Position numbers and translations under genes: made by a program
In this document: positions 1 through 10,600 of the stretch, in pieces
Layout: every line of letters starts with the position of its first letter
How positions within the stretch are numbered: the first letter of the stretch is position 1
The notes under the pieces: generated by a model
What the model was told of the DNA's origin: nothing
The model's database searches: none
The model's input: the letters and a program-made list of their open reading frames with translations, nothing else
Assembly: GCA_963707025.1 (NCBI GenBank)
Contig: CAVPOM010000004.1
Span: forward strand, 256,001-320,000
Length of the DNA stretch: 64,000 nt
Source: an uncultured Verrucomicrobiae bacterium
Lineage (GTDB): Bacteria; Verrucomicrobiota; Verrucomicrobiia; Limisphaerales; Palsa-1400
Reading direction: 5' to 3'

Positions 1-319
1 AAAAGCGGTGCCGGAAGATTTCGGCGCGCGGGTCAATGGAGCCGGTTCCACTGACGATGACGCGCAGATTGTATTCGGCCAGGCCGCGTTTGAGGCGGCG
101 GCGGCGGTATTTGGCCGGCCCCGGCCCCAGGTTGACGGGGAACGAATTGACGGTGCGCGCGCCGCACATCACCGCGTCGGCAGTGGCGCGCAGTTCCAAC
201 AGATGTTGCTGGTCGCGCCGGCTGCCAAAGGGGACGAAACGGCGGCTGGCCGGGGCGATTTTGCCGTCGGCGGTCATGGCGACGTTAAGGAAAACGAAGG
301 GGAGTAGGGGGGGGGCCAT
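1..319 (-). CDS. RibD C-terminal/DHFR-like reductase (5' part; runs off the window start)
   Basis: My translation from ATG at 319: MAPPLLPFVFLNVAMTADGKIA...DQQHLLELRATADAVMCGARTV...LRVIVSGTGSID, which has the RibD_C motifs AxTxDGKI and RxxADAVxxGxxT. Confidence 0.85.
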   Translation of the reverse strand, partial: MAPPLLPFVFLNVAMTADGKIAPASRRFVPFGSRRDQQHLLELRATADAVMCGARTVNSFPVNLGPGPAKYRRRRLKRGLAEYNLRVIVSGTGSIDPRAEIFRHRF

Positions 320-657
320 AACTGAAATTAAGTGAAATCAAGTGAAAAAAGCGCTGGCGCTGTCAACCGCGAAAATGGCGAAATACGCGAACTCCCGGTG
401 GAAAGGCGGAGTAATGGAGTGGGGGAGTGATGGTCAAGGTTGACCAAAATGGTTTGACCATTACGCCCCTGGCCTGGATCTCGGACTGTCGCTACGCCTC
501 TCACCGCAGCTAGTGTAACCATAGAGTATAAGTTTGTCAAGCCCGGGTTGCGAAATCATCGCGCGGTGGAAGATAATCGAATTGACGGCTTGATTTTGGG
601 TGGCGGGGGCGATACGTTCTTTGGCGGGGGCCGATTGCAACAATAAATGCCAACTTC

Positions 658-1017
658 ATGAATCATCCTGCGGTTTTCATTTTCACGGCGATCCTCGGCA
701 CCATTGCCGGGGCCTTCTCGCAGCGGTTTCGCGCCTCCGGGGCGATGGCCCTGATGTTGCCGATGGCGCCGGGATTGGCTTGTTGGCTGACTGTGGCGGG
801 GCATTGGGGTTGACAGGATCTGATGCCGGTGCTCATGGTGAGCATCCTCTGCCTGATGACGCCGTTTGCGGTCATGTACGGCTTCCACGCGCGGCGCAAA
901 GCGCCGGAGCGGGCGCTGGCCTGGGCCGGGTTGGTGCTGTCGCTGGTGGTGTTTGTTCCTTTTGTCATGGTGATGATTGTCTCAGCCCTGAACCTCGGAG
1001 CGGCCTTCTGCCGTTGA
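658..1017 (+). pseudogene. Small hydrophobic membrane protein interrupted by an in-frame TGA at 811-813
   Basis: MNHPAVFIFTAILGTIAG...HWG*QDLMPVLMVSILCLMTPFAVMYG...; hydrophobic segments continue in the same frame on both sides of the stop. Confidence 0.45.
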
Positions 1018-1260
1018 CATGGCGGTGGACAAGCACGGATGTCACGGCTCGAGTCTCGCCCTGCCGCGGAAGAGAATGCAAAAAGAAGAACCCTCACCTT
1101 GGTCCTCTCCCGCGGGGAGAGGAGAGAGCAAGCGGCCGTCGTGGGTGGCTGGCTGGTTGTAGGGGCAATGCAGGGGAGGGGTGTTCGGGATTCGAGGGCT
1201 CGAACGGAGTCTCGCCCTACCGGGGGTGGAGAAGGTGGATGAACTACGGAGGGGGTTTGG

Positions 1261-1680
1261 CTAAGGCAATACTTGGATGGTGTCGCCGGGTTGGAGGGGC
1301 ATGTCCTCGCCGTTGAGGAGGGCGCTGGCCTTGATGTCGGTGGGGATGCCGTCGCGGATGACGCGGATGAGGCGGGGATTGAGATAGCCGGTGTAGTCGG
1401 CCGCGACGATGGCTTTGGCCAGGGTCAGTTCTTCGGTCCAGGGGATGATGGAGTTGCGCACCTCGCCGGTGACGTGGACGATTTTGGGCTTGGGACCCGA
1501 TTGTGCCAGGGCCTGCTCCTGGCCGGCGACGTAGGCTTGCTGGGCCTCGAGGCGGGCGCGGCTTTTTGTCTCGCAGCCGGTCGCGAAGGAAAGGAGTATT
1601 GACAAGAGGGCGGCGAGGCGAAGCCACGGCCAAAGCGATTTTGAAAATGACCGGAGGAATGTCAGGGGAATGTTTGTCAG
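1261..1680 (-). CDS. SLBB-domain lipoprotein (start uncertain)
   Basis: Lipobox-like FATGC, then VHVTGEVRNS...LTLAKAIVAA...LQPGDTIQV, typical of SLBB domains. Confidence 0.7.
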   Translation of the reverse strand: MTNIPLTFLRSFSKSLWPWLRLAALLSILLSFATGCETKSRARLEAQQAYVAGQEQALAQSGPKPKIVHVTGEVRNSIIPWTEELTLAKAIVAADYTGYLNPRLIRVIRDGIPTDIKASALLNGEDMPLQPGDTIQVLP

Positions 1681-1800
1681 GGGAATGGAAAGCGCCGACC
1701 GGACGCCGCAGCGCGGCGTCCCTACCACCCAAGACCGACGCCTCGCAAAGGAAAGAAGGCTGACGGCGGAATCCTGGCAGGACAGAACCATAAAAGAGTT

Positions 1801-2283
1801 TTAACAGCTTGTCGGGACTTGTTGCAGGACTTCCACGCAATGGGGTATGGAGGCGGCGACGAAGCCCAGGCATTCCACCGCGCCAGCGGGCTTGCCGGGG
1901 AGACAAATGACCAGGGATTGATCCACCACGGCGGCCAGGTTGCGGGAGAGGATGGCGTTTTTGGTGATTTTCATGGATTCCAAACGCATGACTTCGCCGA
2001 AACCGGGGAGTTCGCGCGAGGCAATTTCGCGGATGGCTTCGGGGGTGAGGTCGCGCAGGGCGACGCCGGTGCCGCCGGTGGTGAGGACCAGATGGCAGCC
2101 CTGGCCGATTTGCCCGCGGATGGCGCGCTGGATTTCTCCCTTGTCGTCGGGGACGAGAGTGTGGGCGGCGACGCGCCAGCCGTAGCCGCGCGCCGCCTGC
2201 TGCAAGGCCGGGCCGCCCAGGTCCTCATACTCGCCCCGCGCGGCGCGGTCGGAGATGGTGATGATGCCGGCGTTTATTTGCAT
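1801..2283 (-). CDS. mog: Molybdopterin adenylyltransferase (MogA/MoaB family)
   Basis: TISDR, VPDD, TTGGTG..RDLTPEA, LPGFGE, LPGKP motifs. Confidence 0.92.
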   Translation of the reverse strand: MQINAGIITISDRAARGEYEDLGGPALQQAARGYGWRVAAHTLVPDDKGEIQRAIRGQIGQGCHLVLTTGGTGVALRDLTPEAIREIASRELPGFGEVMRLESMKITKNAILSRNLAAVVDQSLVICLPGKPAGAVECLGFVAASIPHCVEVLQQVPTSC

Positions 2284-2741
2284 GGGGCCCGGCTTTTTGT
2301 TTTTGACACGAGTTTGATCCCGGTGATGCTCATCGTTTTGTCAACGGCTTTGCACATGTCGTAAATGGTCAAGGCGGCGACGCTGACGGCGGTGAGGGCC
2401 TCCATCTCGACGCCGGTCGGGGCGGTGATGGTGGCCGAGGCGGTGATGACGACGCGGTCGCGGCTGGGCGGGATATGGAAATCCACGGCGCAATGGGTGA
2501 GGGACAAAGGATGGCACAAGGGGATGAGGCCGGCGGTTTTTTTGGCGGCCATCAGGCCGGCCAGGCGGGCGGTGGCCAGGACGTTGCCCTTGGCGATGCG
2601 CTGTTTTTCCAGGGCGGCGAGGGTGGCGGGTTGAAGGCGGATTTCGCCGCGGGCGACGGCGTGGCGGCAGAGGGCGGGCTTGGCGGAAACGTCCACCATT
2701 CTGGCAGCGCCGGCGGCGTCGAGGTGCGAGAATTTTTTCAT
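2274..2741 (-). CDS. moaC: Cyclic pyranopterin monophosphate synthase
   Basis: FSHLD..G.ARMVDVSAK, LIPLCH, TGVEMEAL, YDMCKAVD. Confidence 0.95.
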   Translation of the reverse strand: MKKFSHLDAAGAARMVDVSAKPALCRHAVARGEIRLQPATLAALEKQRIAKGNVLATARLAGLMAAKKTAGLIPLCHPLSLTHCAVDFHIPPSRDRVVITASATITAPTGVEMEALTAVSVAALTIYDMCKAVDKTMSITGIKLVSKTKSRAPCK

Positions 2742-3517
2742 GGGTCCGCGGCCGGGCCGGCCACGCTCTCCTGCCATTCAACCACGGCGGCGCGCATTTG
2801 TTGTCCCAAACCCCAGTTTTTTTTCACATGGCGCGGGATGTAGCCGGGGGAAGTTCCGAGCAGATCGGTGACGACGAGGATTTGGCCGTCGCAATCGGAA
2901 CCGGCGGCGATGCCGATGGTGGGGATGGGAATCTGCCGGGTGATTTCGCGGGCGACGGGCGGGGTGACCAGTTCCAAAACCAGGGCGAAGGCGCCGGCTT
3001 GGGCCAGGGCCTGGGCGTCGGCCAGGAGGTTGTCCCGTTCGGTGTCGGTTTTGCCTTTGACGTGGTAGCCTTTTTCTTCCAGCACGCTTTGCGGGAGCAT
3101 TCCCAAATGGCCCAGGAACGGAATGCCGTCGGCCAAAATGGCGCGCGCTTGGGGGAGGATGGCGCGGCCGCCCTCGGCTTTGACCGCCTCGGCGCCGGCG
3201 GCGATGAGACGGCGGGCGGTGGCCAGGGCCTGGGCCGGAGACTGGTAAGAATGAAAGGGCATGTCGGCGACCAGGAGGGCCTGGGGCTTGGCGCGGGCGG
3301 CGGCGCGGACGTGATGTTCCATTTCGGCGAGGGTGACCAGGGTGGTGTCGGGGTAGCCGAGCACGACCATGCCGAGGGTATCGCCGACCAGAATCAAGGG
3401 GATGCCGGCGTCGTCGAGCAGCCTGGCCATGGGATAATCGTAGGCGGTGAGGGCGGCGATGCGGCGGCGGTTTTTCATGCCGCGAATGCCGGCGGCGGTG
3501 ATTTTGGTGGTGCTCAT
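2738..3517 (-). CDS. panB: 3-methyl-2-oxobutanoate hydroxymethyltransferase
   Basis: LTAYD, LVGDTLGM, ADMPF, GHLG.LPQ, IPTIGIAAG..CDGQILV. Confidence 0.95.
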   Translation of the reverse strand: MSTTKITAAGIRGMKNRRRIAALTAYDYPMARLLDDAGIPLILVGDTLGMVVLGYPDTTLVTLAEMEHHVRAAARAKPQALLVADMPFHSYQSPAQALATARRLIAAGAEAVKAEGGRAILPQARAILADGIPFLGHLGMLPQSVLEEKGYHVKGKTDTERDNLLADAQALAQAGAFALVLELVTPPVAREITRQIPIPTIGIAAGSDCDGQILVVTDLLGTSPGYIPRHVKKNWGLGQQMRAAVVEWQESVAGPAADP

Positions 3518-3521
3518 CAGA

Positions 3522-4544
3522 TTAGTGTTCCCCCGCAAAACTGGCGAGCAATTCGCCCGGGGTGACGGTGGCGGTGCCGATTTTGCCCACCACCACCCCG
3601 GCGGCGTGGTTGGAGAAAAACGCGGCCTCGACGGGCGTCGCTCCCGCCACGATGGCCAGGGTGAAAGAGGCGATGACGGTATCGCCCGCGCCGGAGACAT
3701 CGAAAACTTCGCGGGCGGCGGTGGGGACATGGAAGGGTTGCTGGCCGCGCTGGCAGAGGAGAAGGCCCTGTTCGCCGAGGGTGATGAGGAGCAGGGCCGG
3801 TTGCAGCTCCGCCAGCAGCTTGTCAGCCACGCGCTGCAACCCGGCGTCCTTGGACGGTTCGGCGCCGTGGAGGTCGTCGGGAAGGCCGGCCAGTTCAAAG
3901 GCTTCCTTGCGGTTGGGGGTCAGGAGGGACAGGCCGGACAAGTCCAAACGATGGGAGGGCTTGGGGTCCACGCTGAGCCAGACTCCGCGCGCGCGGCACA
4001 ATCGCCTGGCCTCGTCCAACAGCGGCTGGGTGATGACGCCTTTGGCGTAGTCGCCCAGGATCAAGGCGTCGGCGCGCTGGAGCGATTTGGCCAGGGCGGC
4101 CAGGAGGCGGGCGGTGGTTTTGTCATCCACGTCGCCGGCGGATTCGCGGTCCACCCGCACCACTTGCTGGCGATGGGCGACGATGCGGGTCTTGATGCTG
4201 GTCAGGCGATTGGGGCAGGCGAGAATGCCCGAACAAGCCACCCCATCCTGCGAGAGCAATTGCCGGAGCCGGCCCGCGGCGTCGTCGTGACCGGAGACGC
4301 CGAGCAAATCGGTGGCGACGCGCAAGTGGGCCAGGTTGCGGGCCACATTGCCCGCGCCGCCGGGAATGAAACTCTCGCGCTCAAATTCCACGACGGGCAC
4401 GGGGGCTTCGGGGGAGATGCGGGCGACCGTGCCCCAGAGGAATTGGTCCAGCATAACGTCGCCCAGCACCGTCACCCGGGCGCGGCTGGCGGCGGAAAGC
4501 AGTTGGCGGACGCGGGAGAGAGGAAGATTTTTGCTCATGGCCAT
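3522..4544 (-). CDS. rfaE1: D-glycero-beta-D-manno-heptose-7-phosphate kinase (RfaE/HldE domain I)
   Basis: GDVMLD, RISPEAPVPV, GGAGNVA, DYAKG, TPN..E, DVSGAGDTV. Confidence 0.92.
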   Translation of the reverse strand: MAMSKNLPLSRVRQLLSAASRARVTVLGDVMLDQFLWGTVARISPEAPVPVVEFERESFIPGGAGNVARNLAHLRVATDLLGVSGHDDAAGRLRQLLSQDGVACSGILACPNRLTSIKTRIVAHRQQVVRVDRESAGDVDDKTTARLLAALAKSLQRADALILGDYAKGVITQPLLDEARRLCRARGVWLSVDPKPSHRLDLSGLSLLTPNRKEAFELAGLPDDLHGAEPSKDAGLQRVADKLLAELQPALLLITLGEQGLLLCQRGQQPFHVPTAAREVFDVSGAGDTVIASFTLAIVAGATPVEAAFFSNHAAGVVVGKIGTATVTPGELLASFAGEH

Positions 4545-4679
4545 GGCGAAAAAGCGGCGCGCGATCCGACAAAGGCATTCCAAGGCATGTGGCCGGCGAG
4601 ACGCCGGGCACTGCGGGCGAGGACGCCCGCGCTCCCAAGAAAACTTTCAGATGCGCGGCTAAAGCTCATGGTTGTGATA

Positions 4680-5477
4680 CTAGGCGTCATTGGCCAAAAA
4701 GGCGGTGAGCGGGCTGGTCGGGCTGGCGGCGGTTTGCGGGGAGGACAGGCCGATTTCGTGGGCGTCGCGCCCGGCCTGGACGGCGGCCATGAAGGCGCGG
4801 GCCATGCGGCAGGGATCGCCGGCCACGGCAATGGCGGTATTGACCAGCACGGCGTCGGCGCCCATTTCCATGGCTTGGGCGGCATGGCTGGGGGCGCCGA
4901 TGCCGGCATCCACGACGACGGGCACGACGGCTTGCTCGATGATGATGCGGAGTTGTTCGCGGGTGTCCAGACCGCGGTTGGAGCCGATGGGCGAACCCAG
5001 GGGCATGACGGTGGCGACGCCGGCATCCTGCAATCGTTTGGCCAGCACGGGATCGGCGTTGATGTAGGGCAGAACGACGAAGCCTTCCTTGACCAGGATT
5101 TCGGCGGCGGCGAGGGTTTCGACGGGATCGGGCAGGAGATAGCGCGGGTCGGGATGAATTTCCAGTTTGATCCAATTGGGCAGTCCGGCGGCCAGGGCCA
5201 GGCGCGCCAGGCGGACGGCTTCGGCGGCGTTGATGGCGCCGCTGGTGTTGGGGAGAAGGAGGTATTTTTTGGGATCAACGAATTCGAGGATGTTGGCGAA
5301 GGGATCGCCCTGGCCGGAGAGATCGGCGCGGCGCAGGGCCACGGTGACGATTTGCGTGCCGCTGGCCGCCAGGGCATCGCGCATCAATTCGGGCGAGGAA
5401 AATTTGCCGGTGCCGATGAGGAGCCGGGACTGGAACTCCCGGCCGGCAATGAGCAGCGGTGTGGGCAGCGAAAACAT
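4680..5477 (-). CDS. thiG: Thiazole synthase
   Basis: [43 protein letters not shown]. Confidence 0.96.
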   Translation of the reverse strand: MFSLPTPLLIAGREFQSRLLIGTGKFSSPELMRDALAASGTQIVTVALRRADLSGQGDPFANILEFVDPKKYLLLPNTSGAINAAEAVRLARLALAAGLPNWIKLEIHPDPRYLLPDPVETLAAAEILVKEGFVVLPYINADPVLAKRLQDAGVATVMPLGSPIGSNRGLDTREQLRIIIEQAVVPVVVDAGIGAPSHAAQAMEMGADAVLVNTAIAVAGDPCRMARAFMAAVQAGRDAHEIGLSSPQTAASPTSPLTAFLANDA

Positions 5478-5778
5478 CGGGGGAAGATAACGCGAGGTGC
5501 GGCGGGGTTGAAAGTGTAAAGTGCGATTCTTGCGGGCCGGAAGGTGTTTGGCGGGACGCCAAACACGGCGTGCGAGACGCACGCGCTCCCCGAAACCGCC
5601 GTTGCCCGGCCAGATCCGCTGAAGAGTGAAAGGATTGGGAGCGCGACCGTCCCGGTCGCGGTGGGGAGCATCCCGCGCCCCACTTCTTCTCCGATTTGTT
5701 CCCTTGCCTTTGCCTTCGCATGGGCAATCATTTCTCCGTGGTGCCGGTGGCATGAAGGGTTTTCTCTTCGATGAAAGA

Positions 5779-6027
5779 TCATTTGAACGGAAGGCCATGC
5801 CGCTGCGGTGACGGGAATGGAGCCGGACAGGCCGAGAACAGTTTAACCAAGCCAACGGCTCCGCGGCGTGTGGCCGGTTTTGGGGTCAGCACAATGCTGT
5901 TTTTGCCGTCGCGCATGGGCCGGACTTCAAGCAGCCCTCCGCGCGACAAGCCGGAGACATCCCGCCACCATTTGGGCAGCGTGATTTGCCCCGCTTTAGA
6001 AACCGTCATGGTGTCGAGAGCTTTCAC
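5779..6027 (-). CDS. AbrB/MazE/SpoVT-family DNA-binding protein (antitoxin-like)
   Basis: [16 protein letters not shown]...G.LLEV, the AbrB swapped-hairpin signature; the overlapping downstream ORF (MIFH..., start 5782) shows no recognisable PIN toxin. Confidence 0.75.
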   Translation of the reverse strand: MKALDTMTVSKAGQITLPKWWRDVSGLSRGGLLEVRPMRDGKNSIVLTPKPATRRGAVGLVKLFSACPAPFPSPQRHGLPFK

Positions 6028-6083
6028 ACATTGAGGATTCCTTAAAAGGGGGCATCTGCCAACCTGGAGAATTGGTTTTACAG

Positions 6084-6107
6084 CGGCGGGCATAGACCGC
6101 CGCTACA
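6084..6107 (-). repeat. GTAG-type REP palindrome
   Basis: CGGCGGGCATAGACCGCCGCTACA, nearly identical to the REP at 52009-52034. Confidence 0.7.
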
Positions 6108-6259
6108 AAGACAGAGCTAACTGCAGCCGCTGTTATCCTGTATAGAGGACATACTTGTATGTGTAAGTGCCACAGCCGCAGGCATATAGGATAAGTAAAA
6201 CATACTTTTTCTCAACGGTTTTAGAGTGATCGTCATTCTTTGGCTGATTATAGGGCGAT

Positions 6260-6460
6260 CTATGATTCTGCACAAGTTCTAAGCATCGCCAAGGCCTTTT
6301 CCGAGAACATATGCATTTCGGTCCCTGGTTGGAAAAGAGCCGTTGGCCCTTGGTGGACCAAAACATGTGCAGGGACCTCGGGGATCATGTGCCCAGAGTC
6401 GTCAATGACGACGGGGCAATAACCCAAGCCTTGCCATTTTACTGTTAGAACTAGTGCCAT
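6260..6460 (-). CDS. Hypothetical small protein in lower-GC islet (may extend to 6133 via a frameshift)
   Basis: ATG ORF preceded by an AT-rich upstream region; no recognisable domain. Confidence 0.3.
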   Translation of the reverse strand: MALVLTVKWQGLGYCPVVIDDSGHMIPEVPAHVLVHQGPTALFQPGTEMHMFSEKALAMLRTCAES

Positions 6461-6972
6461 AATATTTTTCTTGATGCCAACTACAAAATTCTTGTATTCA
6501 CCTTACATAGCTACAAAAGCGGCCATTTTGTTCCCGCTTTCTTCATACCTGCCAAATTGCCCCGGCTTTTTCCAAATTTGCCAGATCCGACGCAACGCTT
6601 GAGGCGGAGATCAATCCCCTCACCTATGTATTGCTAGTCAGAGGGGTAAAATGTCGGAAACAAAATGGCCCGACAGCCGCTTTTTTTATTGTAGGCTCCC
6701 GCCACATTGGGGATTTCGTTCCTGACGGGCCACAAACCCATAAAGCACCCCGCACCTGTGGTGGAAGTAGGAAAAAAGTTCCCATCCCCCCTTAACGAAC
6801 TCCATTCAATGCTAAACCGCACAATTCTCATCCCTATTTTTATCGTTCCTGGGGCCAAAAATTGCAATTTCCGCAGGGCGACAGGCCCACATGCAACGTT
6901 GTCGCATAGGAAAACGACTAATTGGCATGGTTCATGCGAAAGGTACAAAACCTGCTACGCAATTAGGTTGAA

Positions 6973-7482
6973 ATGCCTGGCGAACAGACCAAACGGGCCA
7001 CAAGACGGGTATCAAGTCGTCCCTGGCGGCGTGCCGTGCTCCAAGCGCCGGGGGTTTGGAGGATACTTTACGATTATGCGCGGAAGATAATCCGTGAGCG
7101 GGCCCATGAGAAGGAATTCCCAGAATCAATAGCTGGACACCTCCAAGAACTTTGTCTGTGCGTTGCGGACCCTCGTTTAATGTGCACCGACGGGCGCGAG
7201 AGCGAAATCTACCGGTTCACCTTCGCACGGGCATTCATGCCTGAACCCGAGCTGTTCCTGGAGTTCCTGAACGAACTCGTCCGGTTTCGCCGCCGATTGA
7301 ACCTGATTGTGCTTGCCTTGACAGACTACCCAGAGATCAGCTACATGGATAATCACGGAAAAATTGTTATCAAGGACGTGAACACCGCCGAGAACAAAGA
7401 AATCGTCTATTTCATAAAGGAGGAATTTGGAACAGAACGTCACCGACGTAGCAGTAGCCAGGGCTCGGCAGCGCCTGTCTGA
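6973..7482 (+). CDS. Hypothetical protein
   Basis: 169-aa ORF with protein-like composition, converging on nrdJ at a hairpin. Confidence 0.55.
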   Translation: MPGEQTKRATRRVSSRPWRRAVLQAPGVWRILYDYARKIIRERAHEKEFPESIAGHLQELCLCVADPRLMCTDGRESEIYRFTFARAFMPEPELFLEFLNELVRFRRRLNLIVLALTDYPEISYMDNHGKIVIKDVNTAENKEIVYFIKEEFGTERHRRSSSQGSAAPV

Positions 7483-7542
7483 GAAGGAACGGCGGCGTGG
7501 AGCCAGTAAAAGTATGCCGCTTAGTGCGAAGGCAAAACCGAC

Positions 7543-7580
7543 AAAAAAGTAGGCCCGGAACGTCAGTTCCAGGCCTCTTT
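7543..7580. terminator. Probable bidirectional intrinsic terminator
   Basis: AAAAAAGT-AGGCCCGGAAC...GTTCCAGGCCT-CTTT between convergent genes. Confidence 0.55.
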
Positions 7581-7604
7581 GCTATGAATAAGTTGTAAAA
7601 GTTA

Positions 7605-10600
7605 TCAGGAGCAACCGAGGCTTTCGCCGCAGTTGAGGCACTTGAAGCAGGCGCCGTTGCGCACGGCGACGTGGCCGCACTTGGGACAGGTGGGGGCGTC
7701 TTGCTGGAAATGGGCCAAGCTCTGGCTCAAGGGATCCATCGTGCGGCCGGAGGGCGGAGCTTGGGGATGACCGCCGTCATGGCCGTTGCCATTGCCCCGG
7801 TCTTTGGGTTGCAGACCGCGGCCGGGGGCAAGCAGGAGGTCGGTGTCGTCGGCAATCGGCAGGTCAGGGACGGGGCGGTTCAATTTTTTTTTGACCTCTT
7901 GTTCCAGGCCGGGCATGTGCATTTCGGTTTGGGCGCGCGCGCCGCCGTTGGCCTCGGCATAGCCGGGAACAAACTGGTAGCCCAGCCAGCGGAAGACATA
8001 ATCAATGATGGAGGAGGCGTTGCGGATGTCGGGATTTTTGGTGAAGCCGGAAGGCTCGAAGCGCTGATGGGCGAACTTTTTGATAAGGGCCTCGAGAGGC
8101 ACGCCGTATTGCAAGGCCAGGCTGGTCAGGGTGCCAATGCTGTCCATCAGACCGCCGATGGTGGAACCCTCCTTGGCCATGGTGATAAACAATTCGCCGG
8201 GCTGGCCGTCGCCGAACAGGCCGACGGTGAGGTAGCCTTCGTGGCCGGCAATGTCAAATTTATGAGTGACAGCGGTGCGGGTGTCGGGGAGGCGGCGGCG
8301 GAGGGGCTGGCCGGTCTGGGCCTGGAGTTTGCCGAGCTGGGCTTCCAAATCCTTGAGGTGGGCGGCGGCGGCTTCGGGGGCGCCTTCGTTGGTTTTTTGG
8401 GTGTTGAGGGGCTGGGAGCGTTTGGAGCCGTCGCGGTAAATGGCGACGCATTTGAGGCCCATTTTCCAGGCCTGGATGAAGGCGTCCTGGATGTCCTGGA
8501 CGGTGCAGTTGTGCGGGAGGTTGACGGTCTTGGAAATGGCGCCGCTGATGAAGGGCTGGGCGGCGGCCATCATTTTCAGGTGGGCCTGGTAGCTGATGCT
8601 GCGCTGGCCGCGAAAGGCCTTGAAGGCGCAATCGAAGACGGGGAGGTGCTCCGGCTTGAGGCCGGAGGGGATGGCGGCGCCGTTTTCCTGGACGTCCTCG
8701 ATGGTGTCGAAGCGGGCGACATGGGCGATGATGGCGGCGATTTCCGGTTCGGCGTAGTGGAGGCGGCGGAGGGCGTCGGCCACGCCGCGGTTGACGATTT
8801 TGAGGCTGCCGCCGCCCGCGAGCAATTTATACTTTACAAGGGCGATGTCCGGCTCCACGCCGGTGGTGTCGCAATCCATGAGGAAGGCGATGGTGCCGGT
8901 GGGGGCGAGCACGGTGACCTGGGCGTTGCGGCAGCCGGATTGCCGGGCGCGCTCCAGGGCGCGGCTCCAGGTCAGGCGGGCCTCGTCCTTGAGATAGGCG
9001 AATTCGCTGCTGGGATGAATGTCTTCGACGGCCTGGCGGTGCAATTGAATGACGTCCAGAGTGGAGGCGATGTTGTCGGGGCCGAGAGGCTGGGGGACAT
9101 GGGCGCAACGGGCGTCGCGGTAGCCTTGGAAGGGTCCCATGAGGGAGGCGATGCGGGCGGATTGCTCGTAGGCGTGGCTGGTCATGATGGCGGTGACGGC
9201 GCCGGCCAGGGCGCGGCCTTCGTCGGAATCATAGGGCAGGCCGTAGCTCATGATGAGGGATCCCAGGTTGGCATAGCCCAGGCCGAGGGTGCGGAAGAGG
9301 TGGGAGTTTTCGGCGATTTCCTTGGTGGGATAGCTGGCATTGTCAACAAGAATTTCCTGGGCGGTGATGAAAAGGCGCACGGCCGCCTTGAAGCGCCCGA
9401 TGTCGAACCGGCCGTCGTCGCGCTTGAACTTGAGCAGATTGAGGGAGGCCAGATTGCAGGCGGTGTTGTTGAGAAAGACGTATTCGGAGCAGGGATTGGT
9501 GGAATGGATCGGCTCGGTGCATTTGCAGGTGTGCCATTTTTGGATGGCGCCGTCATACTGCAAGCCGGGATCGCCGCAGGTCCAGGCGCCTTCGGCGATT
9601 TTGCGCAGGAGGGTGGCGGCGTCCTTTTTCTGGAGGGGAGCGCCGTCGGTGACGCGGCGGGTCCACCATTCCCGGCCTTCGATGGCGGCCTGCATGAATT
9701 GGTCGGTGACGCGGACGGAGAGGTTTTCGTTTTGGTACATGACGCTGCCGTAGGCATCGCCATTGTAAGAGCCATCGTAGCCTTGTTCGATCAAGGCCCA
9801 GGCTTTCTTTTCCTCGATTTGCTTGGCGTCAATGAATTCTTCGATGTCGCCGTGCCAGTCGCGCAGGGTGTTCATCTTGGCGGCGCGGCGGGTTTTGCCG
9901 CCGGACTTGACGACGCTGGCAACCTGGTCATAAACCCGGAGAAAAGAAAGGGGACCGCTGGGGTGGCCGCCGCCGCTGAGTTTTTCCCTGCCGGACCGGA
10001 TGGGGGTGAGGTCGGTGCCGGTGCCGGAGCCGTATTTGAAGAGCATGGCCTCGCTGTGGGCCAGATGCATGATGCTCTCCATGTTGTCCTCCACCGATTG
10101 GATGAAGCAGGCGCTGCCCTGGGGATATTCGTATTGGGTGCGGGCGCGTTCGGCCGCGCCGGTCTGCCGATTGGTGAACCAGCCGCCGCGGGAGGAGGAT
10201 TGGCCGACGCGGTATTGATGGAACAGGCCGACGTTGAACCAAACCGGGGAATTGAACGCGCCGTATTGGTTGAGGCACAGCCAGGCCAGTTCCTCGTAAA
10301 ACACCTCGCCGCCCGCCTGGTCGAAATAGCCGTCGCGCACGCCCCAATCGGCCAGGGTGCGGCAGACCCGGTGGATAAGCTGGCGGACGGAGGTTTCCCG
10401 TTCGCCGGTGTGCTGTTCGCCGTAAAAGTACTTGGAGACGACGACCTTGGTGGCCAGCTCGGACCAGGACTTGGGGACCTCGACGTTCTCTTGTCGGAAA
10501 ATGACCTTGCCGGTGTCGTCGGTGATTTCCGCGGTGCGCCTGTCCCATTCGATTTGGTCGAAGGGCTTGAGGTTGGGGTCGCTGAAAACCCGTTCCAAGG

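Noticed and set aside
5478..5780. TPP riboswitch upstream of thiG, or a VapC toxin after the AbrB gene
   Set aside because: No CTGAGA/TGAACCTG-type TPP core seen; the region is REP-like palindromes, and the MIFH ORF lacks PIN acidic motifs.
8757..8769. GTGGAGGCGGCGG match to the tmRNA att core
   Set aside because: Only 13 bp, GC-rich and inside intact nrdJ coding sequence; chance match.
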